A stretch of 64,000 nt of DNA from Candidatus Latescibacterota bacterium. Its GTDB lineage: Bacteria > Latescibacterota > UBA2968 > UBA8231. Position numbers and translations under genes: made by a program. Of the stretch, positions 37,076 to 46,121 are shown piece by piece. The first letter of the stretch is position 1. Every line of letters begins with the position of its first letter. The stretch is from positions 3,136,001-3,200,000 of the forward strand of contig OZ253462.1 in the NCBI GenBank assembly GCA_965261395.1, written 5' to 3'. The notes under the pieces are model-generated. The model had not been told where the DNA came from and did not search any database. It was given only the letters and a program-made list of their open reading frames with translations.

Positions 37076-37840
37076 CTAGTTGGCCGCCAGTTTGTCGATG
37101 TTTTTGACCTTCTGAATGTCGCGCTTAAAGCGAAAACGGAGGTCGATGGTCTCCACAGGTTCGTTGCGGAAGTTGTAGCGCAACCCTAACTCGGGAATCT
37201 CAACGACGATCTCGGCGACGTCGTCGTGGATTTTGGAGAATACCACGTAGCCCTCGACCTCTTGCCCTGAGAAGCAAAAGTCGTCGTCTGGGTACCTGGC
37301 TCGGTTGTAGAGGTCGCGGCGCGCGTCGAAGCGCAAATAGCCCAAGCCGTTGAAGGCTATGGGGAAACGCCGGAAGTACTCCTCCACGTCGTAACTTCCC
37401 CAAGGATAATAGTGCCGCCCATTGGCCGATTCCACGGTCACCGCTAGCGGGTCGAACTTAACTTTGGGGTATTCGTAGTTTTTGACCGTAATCTTGAAGA
37501 CGGACAAGCGCTGCGGCGACTTGCCCGTGCGCGGATCAATCCAATTGCCATAGGTGAACGGATTGGACGGTAGCTCGTCGGCCGGGCCGCTGGCATTGGT
37601 GGATTCGGCCGGGAACTGGCGATTGATCTCCTCGTCGGTCATGGGCCGCACGGACACTTCGAGGCGGTTTTGCACGAAGGTGACCGTGCCGTCGTCGAGG
37701 ATTTGGATGCTCGACCCTTGAATATCGGTCTGTTGCTGGGCCGCCTCTAAGGGCTGAAACCGCCCGGGGATTAGGTAGTGGCCGCAGCCCAACAAAAGGG
37801 CCGCAACGGCGAGGATGGAAATTTTTTGGTAAGCGTACAT
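37076..37840 (-). CDS. Hypothetical lipoprotein (paralog of 8576..9331)
   Basis: LLGC lipobox; NPFTYGNW, VKNYEYPKV, FSGQEVEGY; GGAG RBS before ATG 37840. Confidence 0.75.
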   Translation of the reverse strand: MYAYQKISILAVAALLLGCGHYLIPGRFQPLEAAQQQTDIQGSSIQILDDGTVTFVQNRLEVSVRPMTDEEINRQFPAESTNASGPADELPSNPFTYGNWIDPRTGKSPQRLSVFKITVKNYEYPKVKFDPLAVTVESANGRHYYPWGSYDVEEYFRRFPIAFNGLGYLRFDARRDLYNRARYPDDDFCFSGQEVEGYVVFSKIHDDVAEIVVEIPELGLRYNFRNEPVETIDLRFRFKRDIQKVKNIDKLAAN

Positions 37841-37862
37841 GGAACACTCCTCTCTGACGGAC

Positions 37863-39170
37863 TTATAGCTCGACTGGGTTTGCAGCCTGTCTCCGCCGGG
37901 AGACAAATTCCCCCAACTGCCCTTCCTCCACCGCGACGACCGCGGCGTACTTTTCGCGCAGTTGCTCGATGTAGCGGTCGAACAGGGGTGCGGCTTGGGC
38001 GTCGCGCAAATCGCGCGCGACTTGCGCTTGCAGTTCCCGCCCGCTCGCGCCCGAGCCAGCGTAGCGTTGCGCATTGGCCTCGTAAAAGGCGCGTACCTGC
38101 GCGGGGTCAATCTGAATGTGCGCGAAAATATCCCGCTCCCACAAGGCTTGGATCAGCTTCTGTTCGCGCACCTTTGCACGGCGCGATTCCAACTCGGCGT
38201 ACAGACCGTGCTTGCGCGCCTCCTGCGGCAAAATCTGGTCGGCGACAAAGGCCCGCGTCACCTTGAATCCAAGGGCGCTGACATCGGCCTCGTGCGGCTC
38301 GGCGTTTGCACCGAGCCGCACGAGGGCCTGCTGGTAGTCCGTCGCACTCCAGTCGCCCGCGTTGCTACGGACCAACCGCACCTCCGGTCGCGCCGCCCCC
38401 TCGGCGACCTGCCGCAACGCAGCCGTGTCCAACTGCACCGCGTACTGGTTGGTCAACTGTTCTAGATAGGCCAAGTTTGCCTGTTGCTTCTTGTGCCGAG
38501 TTAGGGCCGCTTCCACGAGCGGGCGGCGGTCCGCCAACGAGACCTCGCGTTCGGCCGCAATGGCTATCACCCAATATTGCCCGTTGGTTTCCACCAAATC
38601 GACGGCCCCCACTTCCCGGAGGAAAAGGGCGGCCATGCGCGCGTCGCCCGCGTTGAGCGCGTTGAGCCACCCGCTCTCGCCCCACTCCCCGGGCAAATCC
38701 GCCCCGTCTTGAGCCTTTTTGAGCATCTCCATGGCCGCGGCCCGCTCGCGTACGGGCAAGCGACGCAGGCGAATTTCGCGGCCGGTGCCCGATTCGGCGA
38801 AGAATTCCGCCAGTTCAGTTTCCGCATAAGCCAACTGCTCGCTCATCTCGCGCACGAGCAATTGCTCGACTAGCTCCTTGCGCTCCCAAGCTGCCACCGC
38901 ACCGGCGACCGCTTCGTCTAGCCCTTGGGCGCGGGCTTCGAGCAGCAGCAGCTCCTTGTCGATGAGGGCCTGAAATTGGCGTCGCCAATCCGCGAGGGGC
39001 TGGGCTTCGCTGCCGGCGGGTAGCTTTTCCAAGGCCGCGGCAAAATCCCGCTCGCTAATCTCGGCCTCGCCCACTCGGGCTAAGACTGCCGACGCGCTTT
39101 CTTGTGGTGCGTCGGCGCAGGCCCACAATCCCAAGGCTAGGAGGACCGTCTGCGGTTTTAGAAGCTCCAT
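37863..39170 (-). CDS. SurA/PrsA-like foldase lipoprotein with a reduced PPIase domain
   Basis: LWAC lipobox, VLARVGEAEIS, LIDKELLLLEA, QLREKY; homologous to 6904 and 61052. Confidence 0.7.
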   Translation of the reverse strand: MELLKPQTVLLALGLWACADAPQESASAVLARVGEAEISERDFAAALEKLPAGSEAQPLADWRRQFQALIDKELLLLEARAQGLDEAVAGAVAAWERKELVEQLLVREMSEQLAYAETELAEFFAESGTGREIRLRRLPVRERAAAMEMLKKAQDGADLPGEWGESGWLNALNAGDARMAALFLREVGAVDLVETNGQYWVIAIAAEREVSLADRRPLVEAALTRHKKQQANLAYLEQLTNQYAVQLDTAALRQVAEGAARPEVRLVRSNAGDWSATDYQQALVRLGANAEPHEADVSALGFKVTRAFVADQILPQEARKHGLYAELESRRAKVREQKLIQALWERDIFAHIQIDPAQVRAFYEANAQRYAGSGASGRELQAQVARDLRDAQAAPLFDRYIEQLREKYAAVVAVEEGQLGEFVSRRRQAANPVEL

Positions 39171-41773
39171 CCCCTTCTTTCGGCTGGCCGACCTCCCAAG
39201 CGCTCCTCCTCCAGCCCGGCATAGAGTTCAATGAAGGCAATGGTATTGCTCACGTCTTGGTCGGTGAGGTTGGCAAAGTTGATGTCGTTGACCTGAAAGC
39301 CAACGTTGGATGTGATGCTGTACCCTTGATATTGCACCCGATTGGTGTACTGCACGGTGAACACCTTGCCGATGAAGTCGTCGATGTACTCGGGCGGCAG
39401 CGGGTCGGGGATCGCCTCGGCATTGCGAAAGATTACGGCTTCCACCCCGACCTCGACGCGGCTTCTGGTCAGCACCGGGAACACCGCGGACAGGGAGAAA
39501 ATTTCGCTCAATTCGTTAATCTCGAGCTGGACGGTGCGCGGTTGGGTGCGCTTGCGCCACATGTTTTTCCAGCGCGGGATCAAGGTGACGTTGCGCCCGA
39601 TGGAAAACGGATAGTCCACTTTGTTGATCACGCCGAAGAACGCGCTGTCGCGGAGGCGCTCGGCTGCTTCGTCGCGCTGCTTGAAGTGATCGAGGCGGAA
39701 CTTGTTGACAAAGGTCAGGTTGCCACGGGTGTACTTGTAGCCGGCGAAGCTCTGATTGACGATGGTGTTTTCGGTGATTAAGGGGTCATCAAAAGGTTGC
39801 AAGCCGCCAATGGAGCCGGGGCGCTGCACCCATTGCAGCAGGTTATCGGCGATGTTGTCCTCGACAAACTTGAGCATGTGGAAGACCTCGAACTTGCCCA
39901 TCCTAGAGATATCGCGCACCGCGCTGAGCAATGCGTACACGGCTGTTGACCGCTCTTCACCGGCGATTAGCCACTCGCGATTGCGACCGACAGTGATGTT
40001 GATCCCTGGGTAAAGCTCAGTCCCCCCATACATGTTCCAGCCGCGATGGCCCTTGCGGTAGGGATAGTCGGCCTCGTCGTCGTTTTCAAAGCGATCCACT
40101 ACGGTGTTGTGGTTCATATCGACGCCGAAGAGAAAGTCGGGTGGGTCGATGTAGTGGCGCAAGAACGGCTCTTCGTAGTCCGGGGTGAGGTTGGAGTTTT
40201 CGTTGAAGTCCGAGAGCAGGTCGTTGTTTTCGTCGAGGCCGGGGAAGACGGCGTTGTCGCCGCCAGCCCCGCCAAAGCGCGGCCAATCGACGAGCTGGTC
40301 GTTGTCGTCGTTGTCGTCGATGTACTCGAACCAGTTCTGCCGCTGGTTTTCGTAATCCACCACATCGTTTTGGTCGGTGATGTACCCGCGCGTGGTGTAC
40401 CCGTAATCCATACTGAACACCTCGCCGTAGCCAAAGTAGCGGCCCACGTGGCGCGTGGCGTTGACGAACCAAGCATCGGCTGTGCGGTCGCTCTTTTCGA
40501 GGTTGCTCAGTTTCTGGATGTTGATGTTGGGATAGCGCTGAAACTGGGTGTTGCGCGCGAATTCGCCGCGCACCTCCAAGCCCCATATATCTTCGATGAC
40601 CAAATCCACGCTGGCGATTTGGTTGGCCGAGGGTAGGCCGTAGTCAAAGCGGACGACGCGCTGGTTGGTGTTGTCGCGCACATTGCCTTCGGCGCGGGCG
40701 ACCGGCAAGAAGATGGGCTGGCCGTTGATATTGGTCTGCAAGTTGGAGGTCATCTCCACTCGGTAGTCGTTGGAGAGCACCATGGCAAAGCTGACCTTTT
40801 GCACCACCAGCGGGTCGGGCACTCGGTAGCGGAGGAGAATCGGGGCCTCTTCGAGGGCTTCGAGGAAGCCCTCGCGCTGGCGGCCGCCCTCGATGGTGGG
40901 ATTAACGGAGGTCTCTTGACCATCGACGATCATCTGCGCCGAGAAAAACAGGGCACCGGAGCCATCGCCGGGCGAGTCGTCGGCGATGCGGATGACGATT
41001 TCGGTGACGTTGCCCGAATTCTGGCTACTGGTCAGCAAGCCGGCGCGCGAGTTCTCCGAGAAATTGCTGCTCGCCGAGCCGAAGTTCGTATTGACATACG
41101 TGACCCCTAAGCCCATGAAATCGCCGATTTGGGAAGTGCCGCGCAGGCCGACGAAATTGGTGAAGTCCGTGTCTTGCACTCGGTTGGAACCCTGTACCGC
41201 CCGCACTGGCTCATTGACGCGCGACAGCAGCACCGTGGCCTCGTACTTGTCGGAAGCGAAGTCCCACTGGACGCCGTTGAAGCGCGAGCGGCTAAAGGTC
41301 AGCGGGGTCAGAGTCGTGCGGATGTAATCGCCAATGGTCAGAGCGGAGTAGTACTGGCCCTTGGAGTCCGCGGCCACGATTAGATTTTGGAACCAACCGC
41401 TGAAGCGGCTGTCTTTGAATACCGTGCTGCCGAAGGCCAGCGGCTGCTGTTGACGCCACTCGTAGACGCGCCAGCCGCGGGTGATCCAGTTGCCAAAAAT
41501 ATCGTACTGGCCCGTGCCCTCTAGCTGCGTGCCGACGTAGCGCGCGTAAGGCTCTTTGGCGTAGTTGGTGTACTTGTAGCCTCCCCAATTATAGATGTAG
41601 TAGAGATCTTGGGGCACGTACCACTTGCGCATGGTTGGGATTAGTGGGTCGAAGCCCTCGATCCTAACCTGCGAGGTGGCGCCGCGCTCGCGCCCCGGGG
41701 TCGCCGCTTGGACGCTGGACGCCACAACGACTAGGACCAGCAGGGCAACCCCCCAGAACATAACTTTGCGCAT
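39158..41773 (-). CDS. ~870-aa probable outer-membrane beta-barrel with Asp-rich loops (paralog of 10465..13101)
   Basis: Shared YTNYAKEPY, IRTTLTPLTFS, FPGLDENND, DYEEPFLR motifs; amphipathic strands; ends in Phe. Confidence 0.65.
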   Translation of the reverse strand: MRKVMFWGVALLVLVVVASSVQAATPGRERGATSQVRIEGFDPLIPTMRKWYVPQDLYYIYNWGGYKYTNYAKEPYARYVGTQLEGTGQYDIFGNWITRGWRVYEWRQQQPLAFGSTVFKDSRFSGWFQNLIVAADSKGQYYSALTIGDYIRTTLTPLTFSRSRFNGVQWDFASDKYEATVLLSRVNEPVRAVQGSNRVQDTDFTNFVGLRGTSQIGDFMGLGVTYVNTNFGSASSNFSENSRAGLLTSSQNSGNVTEIVIRIADDSPGDGSGALFFSAQMIVDGQETSVNPTIEGGRQREGFLEALEEAPILLRYRVPDPLVVQKVSFAMVLSNDYRVEMTSNLQTNINGQPIFLPVARAEGNVRDNTNQRVVRFDYGLPSANQIASVDLVIEDIWGLEVRGEFARNTQFQRYPNINIQKLSNLEKSDRTADAWFVNATRHVGRYFGYGEVFSMDYGYTTRGYITDQNDVVDYENQRQNWFEYIDDNDDNDQLVDWPRFGGAGGDNAVFPGLDENNDLLSDFNENSNLTPDYEEPFLRHYIDPPDFLFGVDMNHNTVVDRFENDDEADYPYRKGHRGWNMYGGTELYPGINITVGRNREWLIAGEERSTAVYALLSAVRDISRMGKFEVFHMLKFVEDNIADNLLQWVQRPGSIGGLQPFDDPLITENTIVNQSFAGYKYTRGNLTFVNKFRLDHFKQRDEAAERLRDSAFFGVINKVDYPFSIGRNVTLIPRWKNMWRKRTQPRTVQLEINELSEIFSLSAVFPVLTRSRVEVGVEAVIFRNAEAIPDPLPPEYIDDFIGKVFTVQYTNRVQYQGYSITSNVGFQVNDINFANLTDQDVSNTIAFIELYAGLEEERLGGRPAERRGWSF

Positions 41774-41863
41774 AACAACCCTCCCTTAGGCGTTCACTTG
41801 TGCTTGGTGCGCGGCTAGCCGCGCGGTAAAAAATCGGTGGCCGAGATGGCTCGGCCATGTAGG

Positions 41864-43645
41864 TCAGTACACTACGGCAATGCTCCGCATCTGTGTGGCG
41901 ATGCCGGCGTCGGTAGCGGCCTTGAGGCGAAGCAGGTACATGCCCGGCGGCACGACGCCGGCGTTGTCGCGGCCATCCCAGCTAACTTGGTTGGGGCCGG
42001 AGCGGTCGCGGGCTTTGTAGAGGCGATGCACCGGCCGGCCGCTCAAGTCGTATACGACCACCTCGACTTCGACCTCGTGGGTCGCCTTGAGCAGGATGTA
42101 GTCGAGGGTGATCTGGTCGTTGATGCCGTCGCCATTGGGCGTTATGACCGCGGACGAGAACACGACGCCGGTAAAAAGCTCATCGTCGATGCGGGCGCTG
42201 ACGACGAGCGTGTTGTCGGGGACTTCCTCGGCTGCGTCGCCAAAGGCGACTCGCTGCGGAAATGCATCGGACTGGCTGTCGGCGACCTCGCCGCGAAATT
42301 CCGTGCCAGAGACGGTCACCAAGCTGGCGAAGCGCACGGCGACTTCTTGGCCGCTGCGGGTGATGCGCTCGTCGGGAAAGCTCACCTGTAAGCGGCCCAA
42401 ATCGGACGCCGAGATGAAGTCGTCAATCTCGACGCCATCAACGCGCACGCCCGTGGCGCGGGCCGCAAACGGAGTGTGGATGATCACGGTGTCAAAGCCT
42501 CGGTTGCCGCTCGAGACAACTGAGCGCAGGTGATAGGTAAATTCGTTCTCCTGCCCGAGGGTCGCCGTGGCCGGGCTGATTTCGGCGATGACCGAATCGG
42601 CGAGGGCTGGCACCGTGTAGTTGAAGACCACGGAGTCGATGACGGCTTTGTCGAGCAAGCTGCTCGACAGGAGCTTGAATTGGAACTGGAGGTAGCGCCG
42701 GTTGTCCGGCGAATGGATCGAGGATTCGAGGAGCTCGGCGTAGGGCGGGGACCACGCACTCCAGTCGCGGTCGTTTTCGAGGACGATACCAGCATACGAG
42801 GGGTCGAGCGTGCGGTCGAAATCCGCTAGGGCCACTTCCTCGAATTCACCGGGAATGCCCGTCTGGCGGAAGTAGAGTGAGTCCGTGGCGACGAAGCCGG
42901 TCTTGGTGCTGAACTGGGCCTGAGCGGTGCCGTCGATGCGGCCATACACATCGACCGGCCCGAAGTTGGCCGCTTCACCGAGGTCAATCACTTGCGATAT
43001 GTACTGGGCAAAGGGTGTGACGCCAACGCCAAACACTTCGAGGTCGCCCATCTGGAAGCCGCGTTCGCCCGTGCTGCGCAGCCTAAAAAAGCGCACCTTG
43101 GTCGGCGGAAAGCTCAAATCCAGCTCGGGCAGGCCGTGCGAGCGGTCTTGTGCGATGAGCGCGTACACGGGATTGCCGCCGATAAAGTTGAGCGAATCAC
43201 CGTCGTTGGCGTAGAATTCGTAGCCGCGCAGCGAGCGCTCGTCGTCGTTGAGGACGCCGCGCAGCAGGCGGATGCGGTGCAGGACGAAAATCGCGCCCAT
43301 ATCGACTTCGAGTTCAGCGCCGTTGGGGTTAGTGTACACGCGCCAGCCCGTTTTGTACTCACCGTCGATGAGTTCGTTGAGTATCTGATTGGAGCGCGCC
43401 GCGGCCGTGCTCACCGAGGTGGTCGCGCTGCCGCCGAGCTCCTTGATGCGCGGCAGGATGTTTTCCTCGGGGTTGGCCTCCAGCGGCGAGAGCCCCCTCT
43501 CGTCGGTGACTTCGAGCGCGTTGAAGACGAGCGAGTTGCTCTCCCACTCCAGCCCATCGCCGCCTATTTTAAGCCGTTCCGCGGCCGTGGCCGGAGTGCT
43601 GCATCCCATCGCTAGGAATGCTAATGCGAGTGCGGCACGGATCAT
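41864..43645 (-). CDS. Secreted FlgD-Ig-tailed protein (subtype I)
   Basis: LKIGGDGLEW N-motif; WSAWSPPY...RRYLQF; tail ITPNGDGIND...WDGRD...PPGMY...VVY. Confidence 0.8.
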   Translation of the reverse strand: MIRAALALAFLAMGCSTPATAAERLKIGGDGLEWESNSLVFNALEVTDERGLSPLEANPEENILPRIKELGGSATTSVSTAAARSNQILNELIDGEYKTGWRVYTNPNGAELEVDMGAIFVLHRIRLLRGVLNDDERSLRGYEFYANDGDSLNFIGGNPVYALIAQDRSHGLPELDLSFPPTKVRFFRLRSTGERGFQMGDLEVFGVGVTPFAQYISQVIDLGEAANFGPVDVYGRIDGTAQAQFSTKTGFVATDSLYFRQTGIPGEFEEVALADFDRTLDPSYAGIVLENDRDWSAWSPPYAELLESSIHSPDNRRYLQFQFKLLSSSLLDKAVIDSVVFNYTVPALADSVIAEISPATATLGQENEFTYHLRSVVSSGNRGFDTVIIHTPFAARATGVRVDGVEIDDFISASDLGRLQVSFPDERITRSGQEVAVRFASLVTVSGTEFRGEVADSQSDAFPQRVAFGDAAEEVPDNTLVVSARIDDELFTGVVFSSAVITPNGDGINDQITLDYILLKATHEVEVEVVVYDLSGRPVHRLYKARDRSGPNQVSWDGRDNAGVVPPGMYLLRLKAATDAGIATQMRSIAVVY

Positions 43646-43687
43646 CGCTGTTCCTTTTTGCTGTAATAGTGGCAAAAGCACGTCTCC

Positions 43688-46063
43688 TCAATAGGCCACC
43701 GGCACGATCCGTTGCACCGTCTCGGTCAGGGAATCGCCGGCAATTTCGATCTGCACTAGATAGGTCCCCGGCTTCACGAGCGCACCTGTGCCGTCGCGGC
43801 CGTTCCAAGTGAAGTGGTAGCGCCGAGCGAGCCCATCACCACTGTCGAGGACGCGGACTTGGCGGCCGGCCAAGTCGTAGATGTGGACCCGGATCGGCCG
43901 CGGCGTCACCAGCTTGAGCGCGTCGAATTCAATGGCCAGCTCGTCGCCGATCCCGTCGCCATTGGGCGTCAGCACGCGCGTCGAAAGGGCCACGTTGGCC
44001 AGCAGGAGATCGTTGATCGGCAGTTGCACCGAGACGGATTCGCTCGGTACATCGGCGTTGGCGTCGCCTTGGTCAACGAGCTGGCGCACGTCCGTGCCGA
44101 GGTTGCTGTTGCCGAGGAAAAGGTCGAAGCGCGTCTGGTTTTGGTAAATGGTGCTGCTGAACGAGAGCTCGATTAGCTCCGAGCGGCGGATTGTGGCTGG
44201 TAGATCGACGACAAATCCCTCGGCGATCGGGGTGATTACGACCTCCACCGGCTCGTCGTCCAACTTCAGGCTGGTGAAATCAACGGGCACGGACGCGGTC
44301 ATCGTAAGGCGATCAAACCCCTGCGAGCGCCCGCCAAAAATCGGCAGGACAAAATACGTAAAGTCCTTTTTGACGCCTGGTTCGACTTGGCTGGGGAAGA
44401 CCTCGGCGCGGGTTTCGAGGGCAATGGGATTTTCCGCGTTCAAGTGCAGGGCGTTGATCGACGGTGCTGAGTTGGGGTCGTCCGAAATCAGGCGCAGATC
44501 GAGCTGGACATAGCGGCGCGGCGAGGGCGAGCTAAAAAGCGCGCCCGAAGTCACGTACGGATCGCTCCAGACGCTCCAGTCCGAGCCAACGGAAATCGTG
44601 GTTTCGGTCGGCCCGCGCAAGCTACTAGGCGTCTTGTCCCACTTCCGCTCGGTGATCTCTTTGCCCTTCTTGTCGAAGTAGTGAATATTCTCGACCACTT
44701 CCCCGCCAGTGCGGCTGCGCAACTCGATGCGCGTGCCGGGTGGAACATCGGCGTCCCACTCGACCGAGGTCAGGGCCTTGGCTTCGCCGAGGTCGAAGAT
44801 CGGCGAGGTTAGCGGCAACTCGGCGGGAAAGCCTTCGCCGTAGATCTGGAACTCGCTAATCAGGGCGAAGAGGCGGTAGTTGCCGTGGGTGCCGGAGCGC
44901 TCACCGCCGTGGCGGGAGGAGGGGAAATACTGCTTGATGTAGCGAATTTTCTGCAACTCGAATTGGTGGTCGAAGTTGCGGATATCCGTCTCGTTTAGCG
45001 GGCTGTCGTCAACAAAGGCGATCTCGTGGAAATTCAGGGTGCCGTCCGGGGCGATCGAGCCGTCGGAACCGAGGAGTTGGTACCAGAAGAAGTTGGCGTA
45101 GGAACTGCGAATTCGCGACGGGGCACCGGCCGGCTCGCCGATGATGCGGATCTGGTCAATCCAGTAATGGGCCCCTAGATCGAAAATGATGCGATTGAAG
45201 ATATCGAAGCCGGTCTGGGTCTGGTGGTAGGTCTGCATGCCCCAATTGGTGACAATATCGCCGTCAACCATGTTCTCGCCACCTGAGAGCACGGCCTGCA
45301 AGTCGGTGATGATGTCGATGTTGCCGCCGCGCTCAACGATCCCGAGGGAGATGTTGTCGCCGATGGTGGAGACCGAGATCTCGGCCAGGCCAGCACCCTC
45401 GACGAATTTGGACAGCTCAATGCGAATGATGCGGACTAGGCCCGAGGATCCCTTGAACTCGCGGATGGTCCCCTCGACAAAGCCGCCTCCAGTGTCGTCC
45501 GAGCCGGTCGCGCTCAAGCCCAAGGTGCGTTGGCGGGGGTCGAGGATGAGCTCGTGGCTCTCGTTGAAGCCAATTCCCTTGGAGATACCGTAGCCCAAGG
45601 TGCCTTCTACGGGCACCAATGCGTTGGTAAAGAACTGCTCGCCGCTCGACAGCAGGATGTTGAAAAACTCAAAGGGCGGCGCGGACTTGTCGAAAGCGAT
45701 GACGATCTCGGAGGCAGTCACCAAGCGGCCCAAGTCGAGTTCGATATAGGCCTTTTCAAGGCCGTCGGCTGGGTCGGGCGACCAGCTAGTCATCGGGTCG
45801 CCATCCATGACGCGGCCCGCGTCGCGGGCATTGCTGCCGACTCTGCGGATGCCGCCACCAAAGTACTCGGCATTGCGTACGGCGTCGATGTTTTTGCGCA
45901 CGGGCACGGGCTGAATGCGGCCGGTCGCTTGTAGCTCCACCGCGCCGACCGGGTATTTCCACTCTTGCCAAGCGGAGCGGGAGTCAAACGAGACGCGCTC
46001 GCCAGAGGCGAAACTACCCAACACTATAACGAGGCCTAGTGCGCGAGTGATTGTCATAGCCAT
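43688..46063 (-). CDS. Secreted discoidin/FlgD-Ig-tailed protein (subtype II)
   Basis: FDSRSAWQEW N-motif; MDGDPMTSW...IELDLGR; tail LTPNGDGIGD...WNGRD...VAY. Confidence 0.8.
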   Translation of the reverse strand: MAMTITRALGLVIVLGSFASGERVSFDSRSAWQEWKYPVGAVELQATGRIQPVPVRKNIDAVRNAEYFGGGIRRVGSNARDAGRVMDGDPMTSWSPDPADGLEKAYIELDLGRLVTASEIVIAFDKSAPPFEFFNILLSSGEQFFTNALVPVEGTLGYGISKGIGFNESHELILDPRQRTLGLSATGSDDTGGGFVEGTIREFKGSSGLVRIIRIELSKFVEGAGLAEISVSTIGDNISLGIVERGGNIDIITDLQAVLSGGENMVDGDIVTNWGMQTYHQTQTGFDIFNRIIFDLGAHYWIDQIRIIGEPAGAPSRIRSSYANFFWYQLLGSDGSIAPDGTLNFHEIAFVDDSPLNETDIRNFDHQFELQKIRYIKQYFPSSRHGGERSGTHGNYRLFALISEFQIYGEGFPAELPLTSPIFDLGEAKALTSVEWDADVPPGTRIELRSRTGGEVVENIHYFDKKGKEITERKWDKTPSSLRGPTETTISVGSDWSVWSDPYVTSGALFSSPSPRRYVQLDLRLISDDPNSAPSINALHLNAENPIALETRAEVFPSQVEPGVKKDFTYFVLPIFGGRSQGFDRLTMTASVPVDFTSLKLDDEPVEVVITPIAEGFVVDLPATIRRSELIELSFSSTIYQNQTRFDLFLGNSNLGTDVRQLVDQGDANADVPSESVSVQLPINDLLLANVALSTRVLTPNGDGIGDELAIEFDALKLVTPRPIRVHIYDLAGRQVRVLDSGDGLARRYHFTWNGRDGTGALVKPGTYLVQIEIAGDSLTETVQRIVPVAY

Positions 46064-46121
46064 GCTCCCTTCGCCCGTCCTAAAATTGATACACCATAGT
46101 GGATGGCCGCGGGCAGCGCGC

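Noticed and set aside
41809-41857. Palindrome GCGCGGCTAGCCGCGC and adjacent hairpin (also GGCAGGCCGCGGCCTGCC at 37030-37047)
   Set aside because: Real inverted repeats, but GC-rich, not repeated in copy A and of unclear function.
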